From the NCBI GenBank assembly GCA_023213395.1, contig CM041465.1, positions 202,809,741 to 202,873,740 on the forward strand: 64,000 nt of DNA, given 5' to 3'. Positions 28,123-40,500 of the stretch are shown in pieces. The notes under the pieces are model-generated. The model was given only the letters and a program-made list of their open reading frames with translations. It was not told where the DNA came from and did no database searches. The position numbers and the translations under genes are program-made. The DNA is from Cycas panzhihuaensis (taxonomy: Eukaryota; Plantae; Cycadophyta). Positions within the stretch are counted from its first letter, which is position 1; each line of letters starts with the position of its first letter.

Positions 28123-31100
28123 TATACACACATACACATACACACACACACACACATAATATATGTGTGTGTGTGTGGTTAATATGTAAAATTAACATAT
28201 GTATACTTCATTCATTTGCTTCTTAGGAGAGAGCTAGTTCTCTTTATATATTTTGATTGATGAACCCTAAATTCTCTTGGGGTAGAAGACATATGGTTGA
28301 TAATGAAAGGGCTATTTTGCAATGAGGAGGGGTATGACGATGATTGGGCTAGAGCTTTAAGTTTTCACCACTGCCAAACAATTGGTATTAACATATTTAG
28401 GGCCTCTTTTATGATTCAAATCTTCATATGGAGTAAAATTTAGGATAGGGTTTCACCAATTTACCTATTTCTCTAAAACAACTTCAACATTGATGGCATG
28501 ATGCTTTAATTCAAAGGGCATTCTTATCATATTCGATAACTAAGGTAGGACATAATCTGTATATATTATACTCTACTAGGGTTTGTTTATTTTTTCCTAT
28601 TATTTTTGCTTGATTTTCTACTTAATAAATAAATAAATACAAGGGATAGTTTGATATGTATATTCAAATTACTAACTAGAAGGCAACAATTGTAGGATTT
28701 GTAATATTTCCCTCATACATCATCCCCTCTGCATGAATGAACAAAGGGATCCATACTTCTCTTTTCTATCTAGCCCATCATCATGATATGTTGAACATTG
28801 CTTTAGGACTCCTCCTTTTAAGACTATATACTTAAAATGGTTGGCTTGTTTTCGCCTCTTCTCCCATAACTTTTGTAGAGTTCTCACACATAAATATCAT
28901 GCATTCTAAGAACACCAAATTGTTAATGGGTCCAAGAAATTGAATAATAAATAATTATTTATTAAGCATAAATTTAACAATTATCATTTAATCTAGGATC
29001 CTTTTTATGAAGAAGATCCTTAAATCTCCTGAGATGGTTTGTAATCAAAATCTCTTATGAAAAACTTCTTATAGACCTTTAAAATTTTAGCAGATACTAA
29101 AATAGGCAGGCCACACTAAGAATGTTTTTTCTTAAGTTTGGTTGGAAGCTCCCTTATTATTTTTTGAAGTAAAAGGCATTTCATAAATAGGAATCTCTTT
29201 AATGCTAAGTTTTGACAACTAATCTAGGTATTCTAGTTTTATTAACTTATCACTATTCTATAAAGCTTTTGGATTATAGAACTAGGATTCTATAACATTA
29301 GTTGGTCAAATCATATCAGGGTATTATTTTTTAATTAAGGATAGATTGTAGATTGAGATGCATATAATTTATTAAATGATTAAAATATATTATAGGTTAT
29401 AGACCATTCTTATTTAGTGTTTTTCAAGGAATAAATTTCTTTGTGGAGAGCACAAAGAACAAAGGAGATTATTACTAGTTAAGATTGATTAGATTTTTTT
29501 TAACAATATAGTGAACTCTTGGGCGTGAAGAAATTCATTGAATTTTTGAAAACCTCTTAAAAGCTACAAATGATAATATACTTAAAGTCAAATAACCAAA
29601 CCCTTCAAAATTTGATACTATCCTAATAATACTTAACCATCTAATTGTTTAGATTCATAGAAGATTTCTTATATATCTTGATAGGGAAACACTACCTATC
29701 AATTATGAATACTTCTCTAAACCACAATGTTGTCCTTATTAGCTTTTATACTGATAGTAATACCATGCTAGACCTTCATAATTCTATTTAAGGAACCCTT
29801 AACCCCTTGTTAAAAACCTAATTGACATTATGCCCCGAAATTCTAGAAGTCCAATATTCAAAATAGTGAAGAGGCCTAGCTCCATTGACAATTGTGAAGC
29901 ACAGGTTTAAAGATTTTTCTCTTCCATGTGAGTGGCTTATGTTAGTTATGTTAGATGCACAATAATTACTAAATAATTTTCTTATAGTCCCTTTAGATTA
30001 CCAATAAGTTTATATACTCCCTTCTATAATGAGATATATGTAGGCTACAAAATAAGGTTCTAACTATAGCATTTTCAAAGGTAGTTTCAATTGTGTTACT
30101 ATCTCTAGCTCTAAATGAAAATTCAGGTCATGTGGAAGTTGTATACATGTTTGGAAAATTCATTATAGGTGAAGCATGACTATGAATATTTTAAGATTAG
30201 TTTTATTTTTCTCTCCTTCTTCATTTCTTGTAATCATAAAGAAAATTATATTCCCTAAGGTAAGGGTGTTAAATAATAGAAAATTATTAGAAGTGGTAAT
30301 ATAATCTCCTCAAGTATTAGCAATCTCTATAATTTTGAGTAAATAGCCTATGAATATGCTAGTATACAATACTTTCAACTTTCATGATTTCTCTATCATT
30401 AAAGGTTGTTGTAATTATGTTGTGACATATACCTCATTCCTTATAAAGAAAGTATCAATGGGACAACAAATTGTCTATATCCATTATATACTTGAAGAAA
30501 AATTGTATGGTTAATATTTATTATCTTTAATCAAATTATTTGTGTTAAAATTAATTTTTTATTAAGTTCCATTATATGGTTACTCAATAGACTACAAACA
30601 TTCAAAGGATAGTGTGTAGTTGCATTAAAATAGATTTAGAAAAAGTTACAGAATCTAACATGGGTTTTCAGTAATAAGCTTGTAATATATTTAAAACAAT
30701 GATAATGAAAGAATAATAATCAAGAGTATGAAGAAGTTTGTGAAGCTTTGCCTTAATGGGTTACATTTGCAATGATTGATCATTTGATGTTTGATTTGTA
30801 ATGGGCAATTATAAATGTTGAAAAGCATGACAAATTTAAAGGAAATTGATAATGAGAAAATGATTAAGTTAGCAATATGGCATTAAAGTTCACAATGAAG
30901 TTTCAGAAATCATGCTACTATATTCTCTATAACTTAAATTTTGTAAAGATTTATGCCCTCCATTGATCTTACATCCCATTTTTATTCAACAATCTTACTT
31001 GTATATAGGTTGTCAATAACTATACCATTGGCTAGCCATAAAATTAGTGGTTTAACAGTACACATATATTGTAGGTTTTGCATGACTACATGAGTTGAAA

Positions 31101-31571
31101 CTATTATGTATTTCATGATTATTGATGGATCATTTCTAATTTAAGAGAAGAAATAGCTAAAACTTTATTATATAAGAAAGATGACTTGAAAGAAGAAACA
31201 TAGACTATGATACCATTTCTACTCTTACACTTGATAAATGGCATGTTTCCATCATTATTAATTTAGTACCATGAGAAGTACTTCCCAATAATGGGAACCT
31301 TAATTGATGAACTTGTTGTCATCATGGTGAGGATAACAATGATCTTCTTTAAATAATCGATATTATAAGGAGGAAATGATACATTTTTAATTAGCATTTT
31401 GAAGCCTTTTGGTTGAGGTAACATTATTAATATGAGGTTACATAATTAAATAACTTCTTTTAAATCTTATTCTAACTCATAAATGTTTCCTTAGGAGTGA
31501 TCTTAGTTCTATACTAGGTATATAGATAATTTTCTAACAAAACTTAAGGCTATCACCTCCTACCAATAACA
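27709..31571 (+). mobile_element. Putative 5' LTR (about 3.9 kb)
   Basis: TG start, ...aataaca end immediately before the PBS-like motif. The first 2.5 kb is duplicated at 49812-52166. Confidence 0.65.
27946..28178. repeat. Compound (CA)/(TG)/(GA) microsatellite inside the LTR
   Basis: Directly visible. The partner LTR has only a short tacacacatacatatagatata at about 50059-50080. Confidence 0.95.
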
Positions 31572-32044
31572 TTTTTGGCAAACCTATTGGGGACTCTAAC
31601 TACTGTCCTATTGCAGTTAACTTTATCTTTCTATAACATTGTGTTGGCATTCTAAGGTTCTAGCTAACTCCACTTAGTTTTATCATCAATTGAAAGGTCC
31701 ATCCTCTCTTTGAAAATGCATGCTTAAGGAAGCTTCTATCTCTTATAAGATAGGTATTCAGTGTCTTCCACCTTGTGGTTTCATTGTTTATATTTGGCAA
31801 CCTTTATTATTATGGTACTTTTTCTTATAATTCAACATTATTCTTATTAATATTTTATTTCTTGGCTTATCATGAGTTAGTCTAGTATAAGTCTCACCTC
31901 TTTGTGATTTTGATGCCTCACTCGTGTCAAATCATCACCATTAGTCATACCAACAAACACGTTGGATATGCCTATTATTCCACCTAGATTACCTAAGTTC
32001 TATAGGAAATCATATGAGGATCCTAAGAAGCATATGTTAAAACT

Positions 32045-34260
32045 TGTAATGACCCTTCATTACATTGTAAACATTTGTATATTTATGTAACTTATACTTT
32101 AGGTGACCCTTTTATGTAATTTAATCACATTATAAAGACTGGTCAAGTCTTCCACTTGTGTAGACATGTAGACTAATTAAATCATTATAAATATGGGGTG
32201 TATTGCCTATATAGTAAGTAATTTCCCTATAGTTTATTCATTGGATGATTTAATACATGGAAGCTCTACCAAAATAGAGCTACATGGTGCAACAAATTTT
32301 CCTATAGAATTTGTTCATCTTAGTTATGCATATTTGCTCTTGTTCTTTAATATTTGCATTATATTTCTAATATTTGAACATGAATGTACTCGTGTTAGAT
32401 CCTCTTGCTCATTTCCTCATGGTATAAAAGCTAGTATAGTGTATTTCATTTGTGTTTTATCGATAATATGTGAGTTTAGTGAGAAAATAGAGGTCCATTT
32501 GCCAATAATAGTACTCTATTCCATCATTTTTTATGTTTTTCATTAATATTTCATAGCCCTTAGCCAATCTAAGGCTACTATAGTTATTTTCTAGTTCATA
32601 TCAACTCCATAGTATTGGTGTTCAAGATCCTTGTAAACCACAAAGCTCGTAACTTTATTTTTTGCCAAAAAGGCTCTATTTGGCCCCTATTCTAACCTTA
32701 ATCCATTTGTGTAGGTTGTGTTTTTCTCCTAAGCAAAGTTTTCATGAATCCAATAGCCCTTTCTAGTTGATCTACTATTGTTCCAAGCAAAAGCACAAGG
32801 ATTTAGTGAAGGTTATCAAGATTTTAGCTCCATTAAGTCATATAGCCATCCTAAGTTTGTGTGATCCATTGGAGTACTATTTGACTTTATTTCTTCCTTA
32901 TTCTATTTACAAGCCAGTGTATGAAGGTGTACAACCTCCCATAGCCTAGATATATAGGAAATTTAATTATTTTTTAGAAGAAATCTCACATGCAATTTGT
33001 AAAAATTCATGTGGCCTCCATGACATTCATACAACTACCATATTTTAATTTTTTTTTATTTTAAACTTTATTTTTATCATAAAGTTACAATTACATTTAA
33101 GTAAATTTAATTGTAGAGTGAAATCTATGAAAAGCCCTTTATTTTGGGTTATATGTTAGGCCATATAACCATGTGTTTTACAAAAAAGAGAAGACTTCAA
33201 TTTCTTAAATTCTCATTTTAATTCTTTTAAAAAATCAAAACTTTTAGGGTGCATTTGATAAGATTTTCAAATCCACGATCCCTCTAGCCTTTGCAGGTGG
33301 TCACATGGTGATGTATTGAGACCAAGATCCAATGATCAAGGGGGATTAAGCCATATCCTCATTATTTTTTAGCTCAAAGAGGTACCTATCACTGTTTTCA
33401 TCATAACTTTCACTATTTTCATCATAAATTTCCAACCATAAGTTAGATTTAGAAGTCATCTAGACCATTAGAAAGTTGACTTAGAGGGCTACAATTTAAA
33501 GCCATTTTCAACTTGATTTGAATTTATTTTTTGGAAGTTCAAAGCTACTCAAGTTGACCTACTTATTTAAGTAATCTTAAGCCTTATTTCATCATTTGGA
33601 GGCATATTTTCTACTTTACATAAGATTTTTTGATGTTGTTTATTGTTGGTATTTATTGGTAGGCTATTCTAATCTATTTTCTGAGCTAATAAAGTGCTTA
33701 TGGTTTGGTTATTATAGGTGTACTTCTTAAAGGATTGAAGTGGATCTTCTTGGAGTAAGTCCTTTAAATAGTTCTTTAAACCCTTCAATTTCCTTTTAAT
33801 TTCTTGCATTTTCTTTTAATTTTTAGTTTTCTATATTAAAAAGAACCTTGTTTGTAATCAAGATCATATTAAAATCTACCTTTAACTTTAAAGATTAATA
33901 AGATAATATTAAATATACAAACAAACCTTATTAGCCTTATAAGGGGAATGGTTAGGACCCCTCAAGTTACCACTCTATACATGCCTTCGGTATTTCTCTA
34001 ATTTGCTAGGGAAACCATTGGTTATAAGGTGTATAAAGTGGCAAGCTAAGGTAGGAAACTTTCCTTTGATATTTGAAGACCAAGTTAGACTTGAAAAGGG
34101 TGAGTGCCTTGATTTTTAGTTCTTAGCTAGATCTATCATTAGGCATAATCCTTACATAGGTGGATCCACAAATTAGAGGGGGTTTTTAACCTTCTTAATA
34201 GCCCATGTACTAAGGTATATAAAGATTTAAACTCATATATCGATATATAGGGTCCCTAGT
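32045..34260 (+). mobile_element. Probable LTR (solo or truncated) inserted into the host gag; end approximate
   Basis: The gag frame stops abruptly at TGTAATGACCC, a typical Gypsy LTR start, followed by about 2.2 kb of non-coding sequence. No partner or TSD found. Confidence 0.45.
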
Positions 34261-34403
34261 TTCCCACTTGTAGGTAGGCACCATTAGATAATATAGTAAC
34301 TAAGAGCTTCCTTGGAGACTCATAACCTTAGAATTCTAGAATAGTAGCCCCTTAGGTAGATAGGACATAAGTACATAAAACTTAAAACTAAAGACACTTA
34401 AAA

Positions 34404-37400
34404 ATGGTAGCCTAAATGCTTCTATCAAATACAATTAAACTCAATGTTCTAACCAATGTTATAGCTTGGAAGAAATAAGTGAAAAACCTACTCATCATAA
34501 ATGACTATTAGACTTGCGTCCATGGTAATATCACCTTACGTAGACCAACCCAAGATCCTATTGATTCTAGTATTATAATTCCACCCAATCTAATTGCCTT
34601 AGCTAACTTTAAAGCTAAGGATAATATAGCATTATCTTTACTCCACTTGGTAGTAAAAGACCAAGTGGATGAGAATATAGAAATAGCTCAAACTCTCATG
34701 AAGCTTGGACCATCTTATGTGCTCTCTATGAGAGGAAATATGAGTCAAGATCCTTGGCTCTAAAAATATGCCTATTTACTATCCCCTTTGTTCAAAATAT
34801 TATTGCCTATGTAATTAAAGTTAAGACAATTAGAAATTAACTAATAATCCTTAGAGAACCTCCATTTGACCATGATCTTATATCTAGCATTCTTAATATC
34901 CTCTCAATATAATACATTGGTTTTATTTCTAAACTCCATGACAATTACACTAAAATAGACTTTATCAACTTTAAGGGACTCCTATTAAGAGAAGAAAATA
35001 TTCTCAACCAATAAAGGGTAATATGTACCTCTAACTTGGCCCCTGCATTTATAGCTCAAAATACAAAGAGTAGCAACACTACACAACAGCCAATTCAGTA
35101 GCCTAATCAACTATAAAGTCTTGCTCAACAATTAGATTCCTTAGATATCTCATAAGAGATAAGTCAATCGCTAATTCAACAGTAACCACATGAAGTTAAC
35201 ACTTCCTCCCATTAGGGTTAATAGCCTCAGCAACCCCAACAACCACCATAGCCTTAATAAAAAAAGAATTAGTAGAGTAGACCCAATATCACCTACTTAT
35301 ACTATGAGAAAATTTGTCACCTTACTATTGAATATAGGAGAAGACAAGTTGATCTCTAAATATTATAAAATTAAGGGGAAGAACCTTATGGACCTAGCTT
35401 CCAATAAGTAACCCCATACTATCAATAAGAAGCCCCATATTATCAATAAGGAGCACCCAACTACCAATAAGGGGGAACCAATTTTCAACAAAGTGGACCA
35501 TACCGTCAATAAGAAGCCCCTTATCTATAACAAGGAGGCCCCATTCCTTAATAAGGAACCCCTTATCTATAATAAAGAGACCCCATTCTTCAACAAGGAT
35601 CCCTTTACTTCCAACAAGGAGGCCTTATTTCATAATAAGAAGCCCCCATCTAGCCATAAGAAATTCCATGATATCAACAACTAGGCCAATTCTATCAATA
35701 GAATTTGAACCAAAGACCTAATAAGAATCAATGATAATTGAACAAAAGTGGTTCCTACTTAGGAATCAAAGGACCAACCCCAACACTCAGTAAGGAGGCC
35801 ATATGGTAGACACCTAGGATACCTCCTCTTAAAGCATGTTCTTTGTAGTATTATCATCTTAATACAGTGACATCTCTTGGAAACTTAACTCAGGTGCCAC
35901 TCACTACATGACTAGCACAAAAAATATGTTGGAGAAAACCTATCTAATTAACATACAAATAGTCACATTTAGATATAATATGACATATGATGTAACTAAA
36001 ATTCGAAGGTCCCTAATAGCTTTAAAAGACTCCAAAATAAGGTATTACATTAATAATGTATTCCTAGTTATAGGCATGAAAATGGATTTTCTTTTAGTCA
36101 TCCAAATCCATAAGTAGAATTTGGATGTCCTCTTTAGTCAATGCAACTATATCATCACAGATCATGTAACTGGATAACTTGTAATAGTAGGACACAAAGA
36201 TAATGGCTTATTCAAGCTTGATGGTGTTCGTCTAACCACTAATCCACTAAGAAAATTATACTCAATGGCTCAAAGTACCCAACTTGATAAGGGTAAGGAG
36301 ATCATGGTAGAGGACCAACCTTATGTCTAAGGACTAGGTGAATGCTCCTATACTGATGAGAAAACTACCTCAAAGTGCTAGAGACTAACCATGGCATCAA
36401 TGCCTTGGTCACCTAAATATATAGAGTCTAAACCTCATGTCTAGGCTTCATATAGTATATGAATTTCCCAAGATAAAGAGAAATAGATACGTTTATGAGG
36501 CATGCCTTATAGAAAAATAACAAAGAGAAAAGTTCTCATCCAAGAATGCATGGAGAGAATCTAAAACATTAGAGTTGATCTACTTAGACATTTGTAGGCC
36601 TATGTCAATTTAATCCCTTAATGATAGTCTATTTTTCATGGCATTTGTAGATGATTTCCAGGAAAGTTTGGGTATACTTCTTAAGGAATAAGTATAAAGC
36701 CCTTGACAAATTCAAGGAGTTTAAAGCTAAGATAGAAAATGAAAGTGGCCTAACCGTTAAGACCCTTAGATCAGACAATGGAGGAGAATATATCTCAAAT
36801 TAATTCATAAATTTCTGTAAATAGCATGACATCAAATGCTAATTTTTAGTACCCCACACACCCCAATAGAACAATGTAGCTAAGAGAATGAACCAAATAT
36901 TAGTGAATAATGCTAAAGATATATTGAGTGGATCCAACCTTACTATAAGATTTTAGGTTGATACCATCACAATAGTTGCCTATCTCACAAATAGGAGTCC
37001 CACAATTATTGTTAGGAATATTACTCCCAAGGAGGCCTAGAGAAGACTTAAACCAATAGTTACATATTTGAAAACATTCGGATGCATGGAATACAAAATT
37101 GTTCCAAAGGAGAATAGAAATAAGCTTAATGACAAGAGCCTTAAGTGCATCTTCCTTGGGTATATACCTGGTTGCAAAGCATACAAGGTATTTGCCATTA
37201 TTAGGAACCAAGCATCTACCACTTAAGATATCATCTTTGATTAAGATACTCAAGACCTAAACAGCTCAAAACTTTAGTATATAGTAGAAGATGGTGTTTG
37301 TATAACTGAAGTGCCTCTTGCATTAATTCTAGAGCCACTAGCACCTACATCCTCCTATATACCAGGTTCATTTTTAGCCCCATTATCTTTAATGGCTATA

Positions 37401-38880
37401 TCAAATGCAAGCACCTTTTTACCACATATTTTAGTTGATGACCTTCAGGTGGAAGCCACTAATATTTAGCTACCTCCTAAGTGGGTTTAATAATTATTAA
37501 AGGATGCTCCTCCTCCTCCCACAACTGTCAAAAGTCCATCAAAGATAAGACACTCCACTAATTTTACTTTAATAGCACGTGTCTTAGAAATCTTTGAGCC
37601 TTCCACATTTGAGGAGGTAATTAAGGACCAAATGTAGAAAGTAGCCATGGATGAAGAGATGAACTCCATCCTCAAAAATAAAACTTAGGAGCTAATAGAA
37701 TCACCACCTAAGAAAAAGATAATTAATTGTAGATGGCTCTATAAAACCAAATTCCATATAGATAGCATCGTTGAACATCAAAAGTCTTGTCTTATTACAA
37801 AGGGCTTAAAATAGTAGGAAGGGGTAGACTATGATGAGAACTTTATACTAGTAGCTTACATGATTACATTTCATTTAATAATGTCAATAGTAGCTCAATT
37901 CAACTAACTAGTCTACCAAATAGATGTGAAGAGTGCTTTCCTTAATGGAGAGCTCACACAAGAGGTTTCCTTAAAGTAACCTCTTGGCTATGTTGTTCCA
38001 GGCAAAGGACACTTAGTTTTCAAGCTCAAGAAAACCTTATATGGACCAAGGTAGGCACCACATATCTAGTATACAAAGATTGACATCTTCCTCACTTAGC
38101 ATGGATTCCATCATCTGCCCTTTGACCCAAACCTTTACATTTAAGTTAAAGAAAACTTGATCACTATGATTGTTACTTATGTGGATGATCTAACAATTAT
38201 AAGTAATGATATTGGAGGCATAGGTTGGCTACAATTAGAACTAAAAATCAACTTTGAGATGATAAATCTTGGGTTGATCCACTATTTCCTTAGAATTAAA
38301 GTCTAACAAGAACTAGGCCACATCTTCTTATCTCAATAAAAATATGCTAATAAACTCCTACAAAGATTTAGGATGACAGATTTCAAGCTAGTACTAATTC
38401 CCATGGAAACAGGAACCAAGTTAAACCTAGATGAGTAAGGCAAACCATTTGATCCCACCTTGTATCGATAAGTAGTTGGGAGTCTTATCTACCTCACCCA
38501 CACTTGACCAAATATCTCTCATGCAATTAGGATCTATTCTAGGCATATGTCAAAGTCCAAAGTATCCTACTAGAAAGTTGCACTAGGATTCTCAAATATA
38601 TTTGTGACACACATTAATTTGGACTTAATTACAACAAAATTGAGTCTCTTATCTTGAAAAGACACACGAATATTGATTGGGTAGATTGCTCAAACACTCA
38701 CCATTCAACTTTAGGATATCGTTTTGATATGAACTCAATTACAATCTCTTGGAGCTATAATAAGTAGCCAAATATATCTCTTTCCTCTATCAAAATCAAA
38801 TATAAAGTAGTTGTTCATGCTAATACAAAGTTGATTTGGCTCAGAAGGATTCTCGTTAAGCTCGTTCAACTCACTCAACA
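34404..38880 (+). mobile_element. Decayed Ty1/Copia gag-pol, LTRs not identified, 3'-truncated in RNase H
   Basis: Gag IKLNVLTNVIAWKK*VKNLL, protease WKLNSGATHYMT (about 35880), integrase VKTLRSDNGGEY (about 36755-36790), RT Y*IDVKSAFLNG (about 37915-37950) and YVDDL, RNase H to about 38870. Confidence 0.93.
35402..35700 (+). repeat. About 14 degenerate 21-bp units encoding Q/G/P/Y heptads in Gag
   Basis: Period-21 units (caataagaagccccatattat and variants), in frame with the upstream zinc knuckle. Confidence 0.9.
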
Positions 38881-40189
38881 ATATGAGTGTACATCAATTT
38901 AGTTAGGATTGGATTATTCAGAATCTAATACCTTTATAGGTTATTCATCCTAACAATTCTAATGGAGATGGTATTGTTGGTGGGGGTCTACCCTTGCCTC
39001 TTTTGTATCAACCTACTCCACAAGGTGCTTGAATAACCTAACCTTCTACATTTTCTTCTTTACTTGATTTGGTTATATTTGTCACTCAACTATTGTAGTT
39101 TGTTCAAAACCTTATGACATAAAATTAGTCTCAGAGTTCCCTTATATAAGACATACAATGACATGCAAGTAGACTTCATTCTAATTAGTAGAGTAGGCAA
39201 TATAATCCTCCCCCTCATCTACAAAATAATATTCCCCCTACTACTCCATAAAATAGATAGTGATAGTGACTTGTAGAGCCCCTTTATTACAATCAATATG
39301 GGAAGACAAACTATCAAGAGAATACTTACCATGAGTAGCTTTAGTACTTGAATTGTTGCATTCCTAATGAGTATACCATTAGGAATTGCCTTGCCTTTGC
39401 CTTAATGCAATAGTCATCTTATCATAATTGGAATCAATAAACGAGAATGTACAAGAATCCTTTCCCTAATGATAACTCAAAACTTATATATTTTACCCAT
39501 TCCACTTCATCAAATACTAAAGCTTTGTTGACTTTATAAATTTAGAGTCTTTAGAATCAATTAAATTATTTGCAACTTAGTCATGCATCATCTGCTAATT
39601 CATCTAAGGGGATTGGCTCATAATTTTCATCACCCTTTTTAAACACCTATCAATCATCATTATATATTCCTTCTTTAATTCCTCGATAGCTTGCTCCTCC
39701 TTTTATTCTTTAATCTTCTTCAAGTGTTCAAATTTATAAACTTAGAGAATCTAGTAAGGTTATTAGTAAGAAGCTCATCTCATAGATTCATTTCTTTAAA
39801 TGTTTACTAATAGATTTAATTGATGTATTTACAATATAACGTCACCTAAAAGCTTATGAGAAGGAAAATAGATGAAAGATATTCAATCTCACTTATCATT
39901 TCTAACCCCCAAACCTCTAGGGCACCTATGTGCCTTACTCTAATTCTTGGTTTAGGAGCTTCTCCTTTATATTCTCTCATTAAGTATCTAAAGTGTATTT
40001 CTTTAGAGATATCACTTTTTAACGTGTTGGATCGCTATCCTTCTATGAGACATGATTATCTTTGATCACTTGGGACTTAATTTTTCAAACATATTTTGAG
40101 ATTAATATCTTGTAATCTATCATTACTTCTATCTAATATTTCTGATTCTCTTAATCCTAGACCTTTGTCAGTTTAGGTTATTATTAATG

Positions 40190-40500
40190 AAATAATAATT
40201 CACAGAGCTATTATAAATGACAGTTCATCTTTAGATATCATGCTTCTTTCTGTCATGTATTCTCTCCAACTCACGAAGTTAGATAAGAGTCCCATGATGA
40301 TTAAAGCATTTGATATAATCAAACATTCATTGACAAGTACAATCTCTAAGCTCCTAATCATATTTGAGGGAAAGGCCATTAAGATTGACATTAAAGTTAT
40401 TAATATTCCACTAGATTATAACATTCTACTTGGTCAAAGCTGGATATGTGCCACATATACAGTATCATCCTCCCTATTTGGAGAGATTTAATTTATTTAT
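40190..40500 (+). pseudogene. Gypsy (Tat/Athila-type) aspartic protease remnant
   Basis: HRAIINDSSSLDIM...IKAFD...VINIPLDYNILLGQSWI, similar to 61260-61466 on the minus strand. Confidence 0.8.

Noticed and set aside
27947-28226. Four overlapping ORFs
   Set aside because: Microsatellite artefacts.
32193-32546. 117-aa hydrophobic ORF
   Set aside because: AT-rich chance ORF inside a probable LTR, with no motif.
35493-35684. NKEAP-repeat ORF in the ORF track
   Set aside because: Wrong frame. The gag frame reads as Gln-rich heptads interrupted by C-to-T stops.
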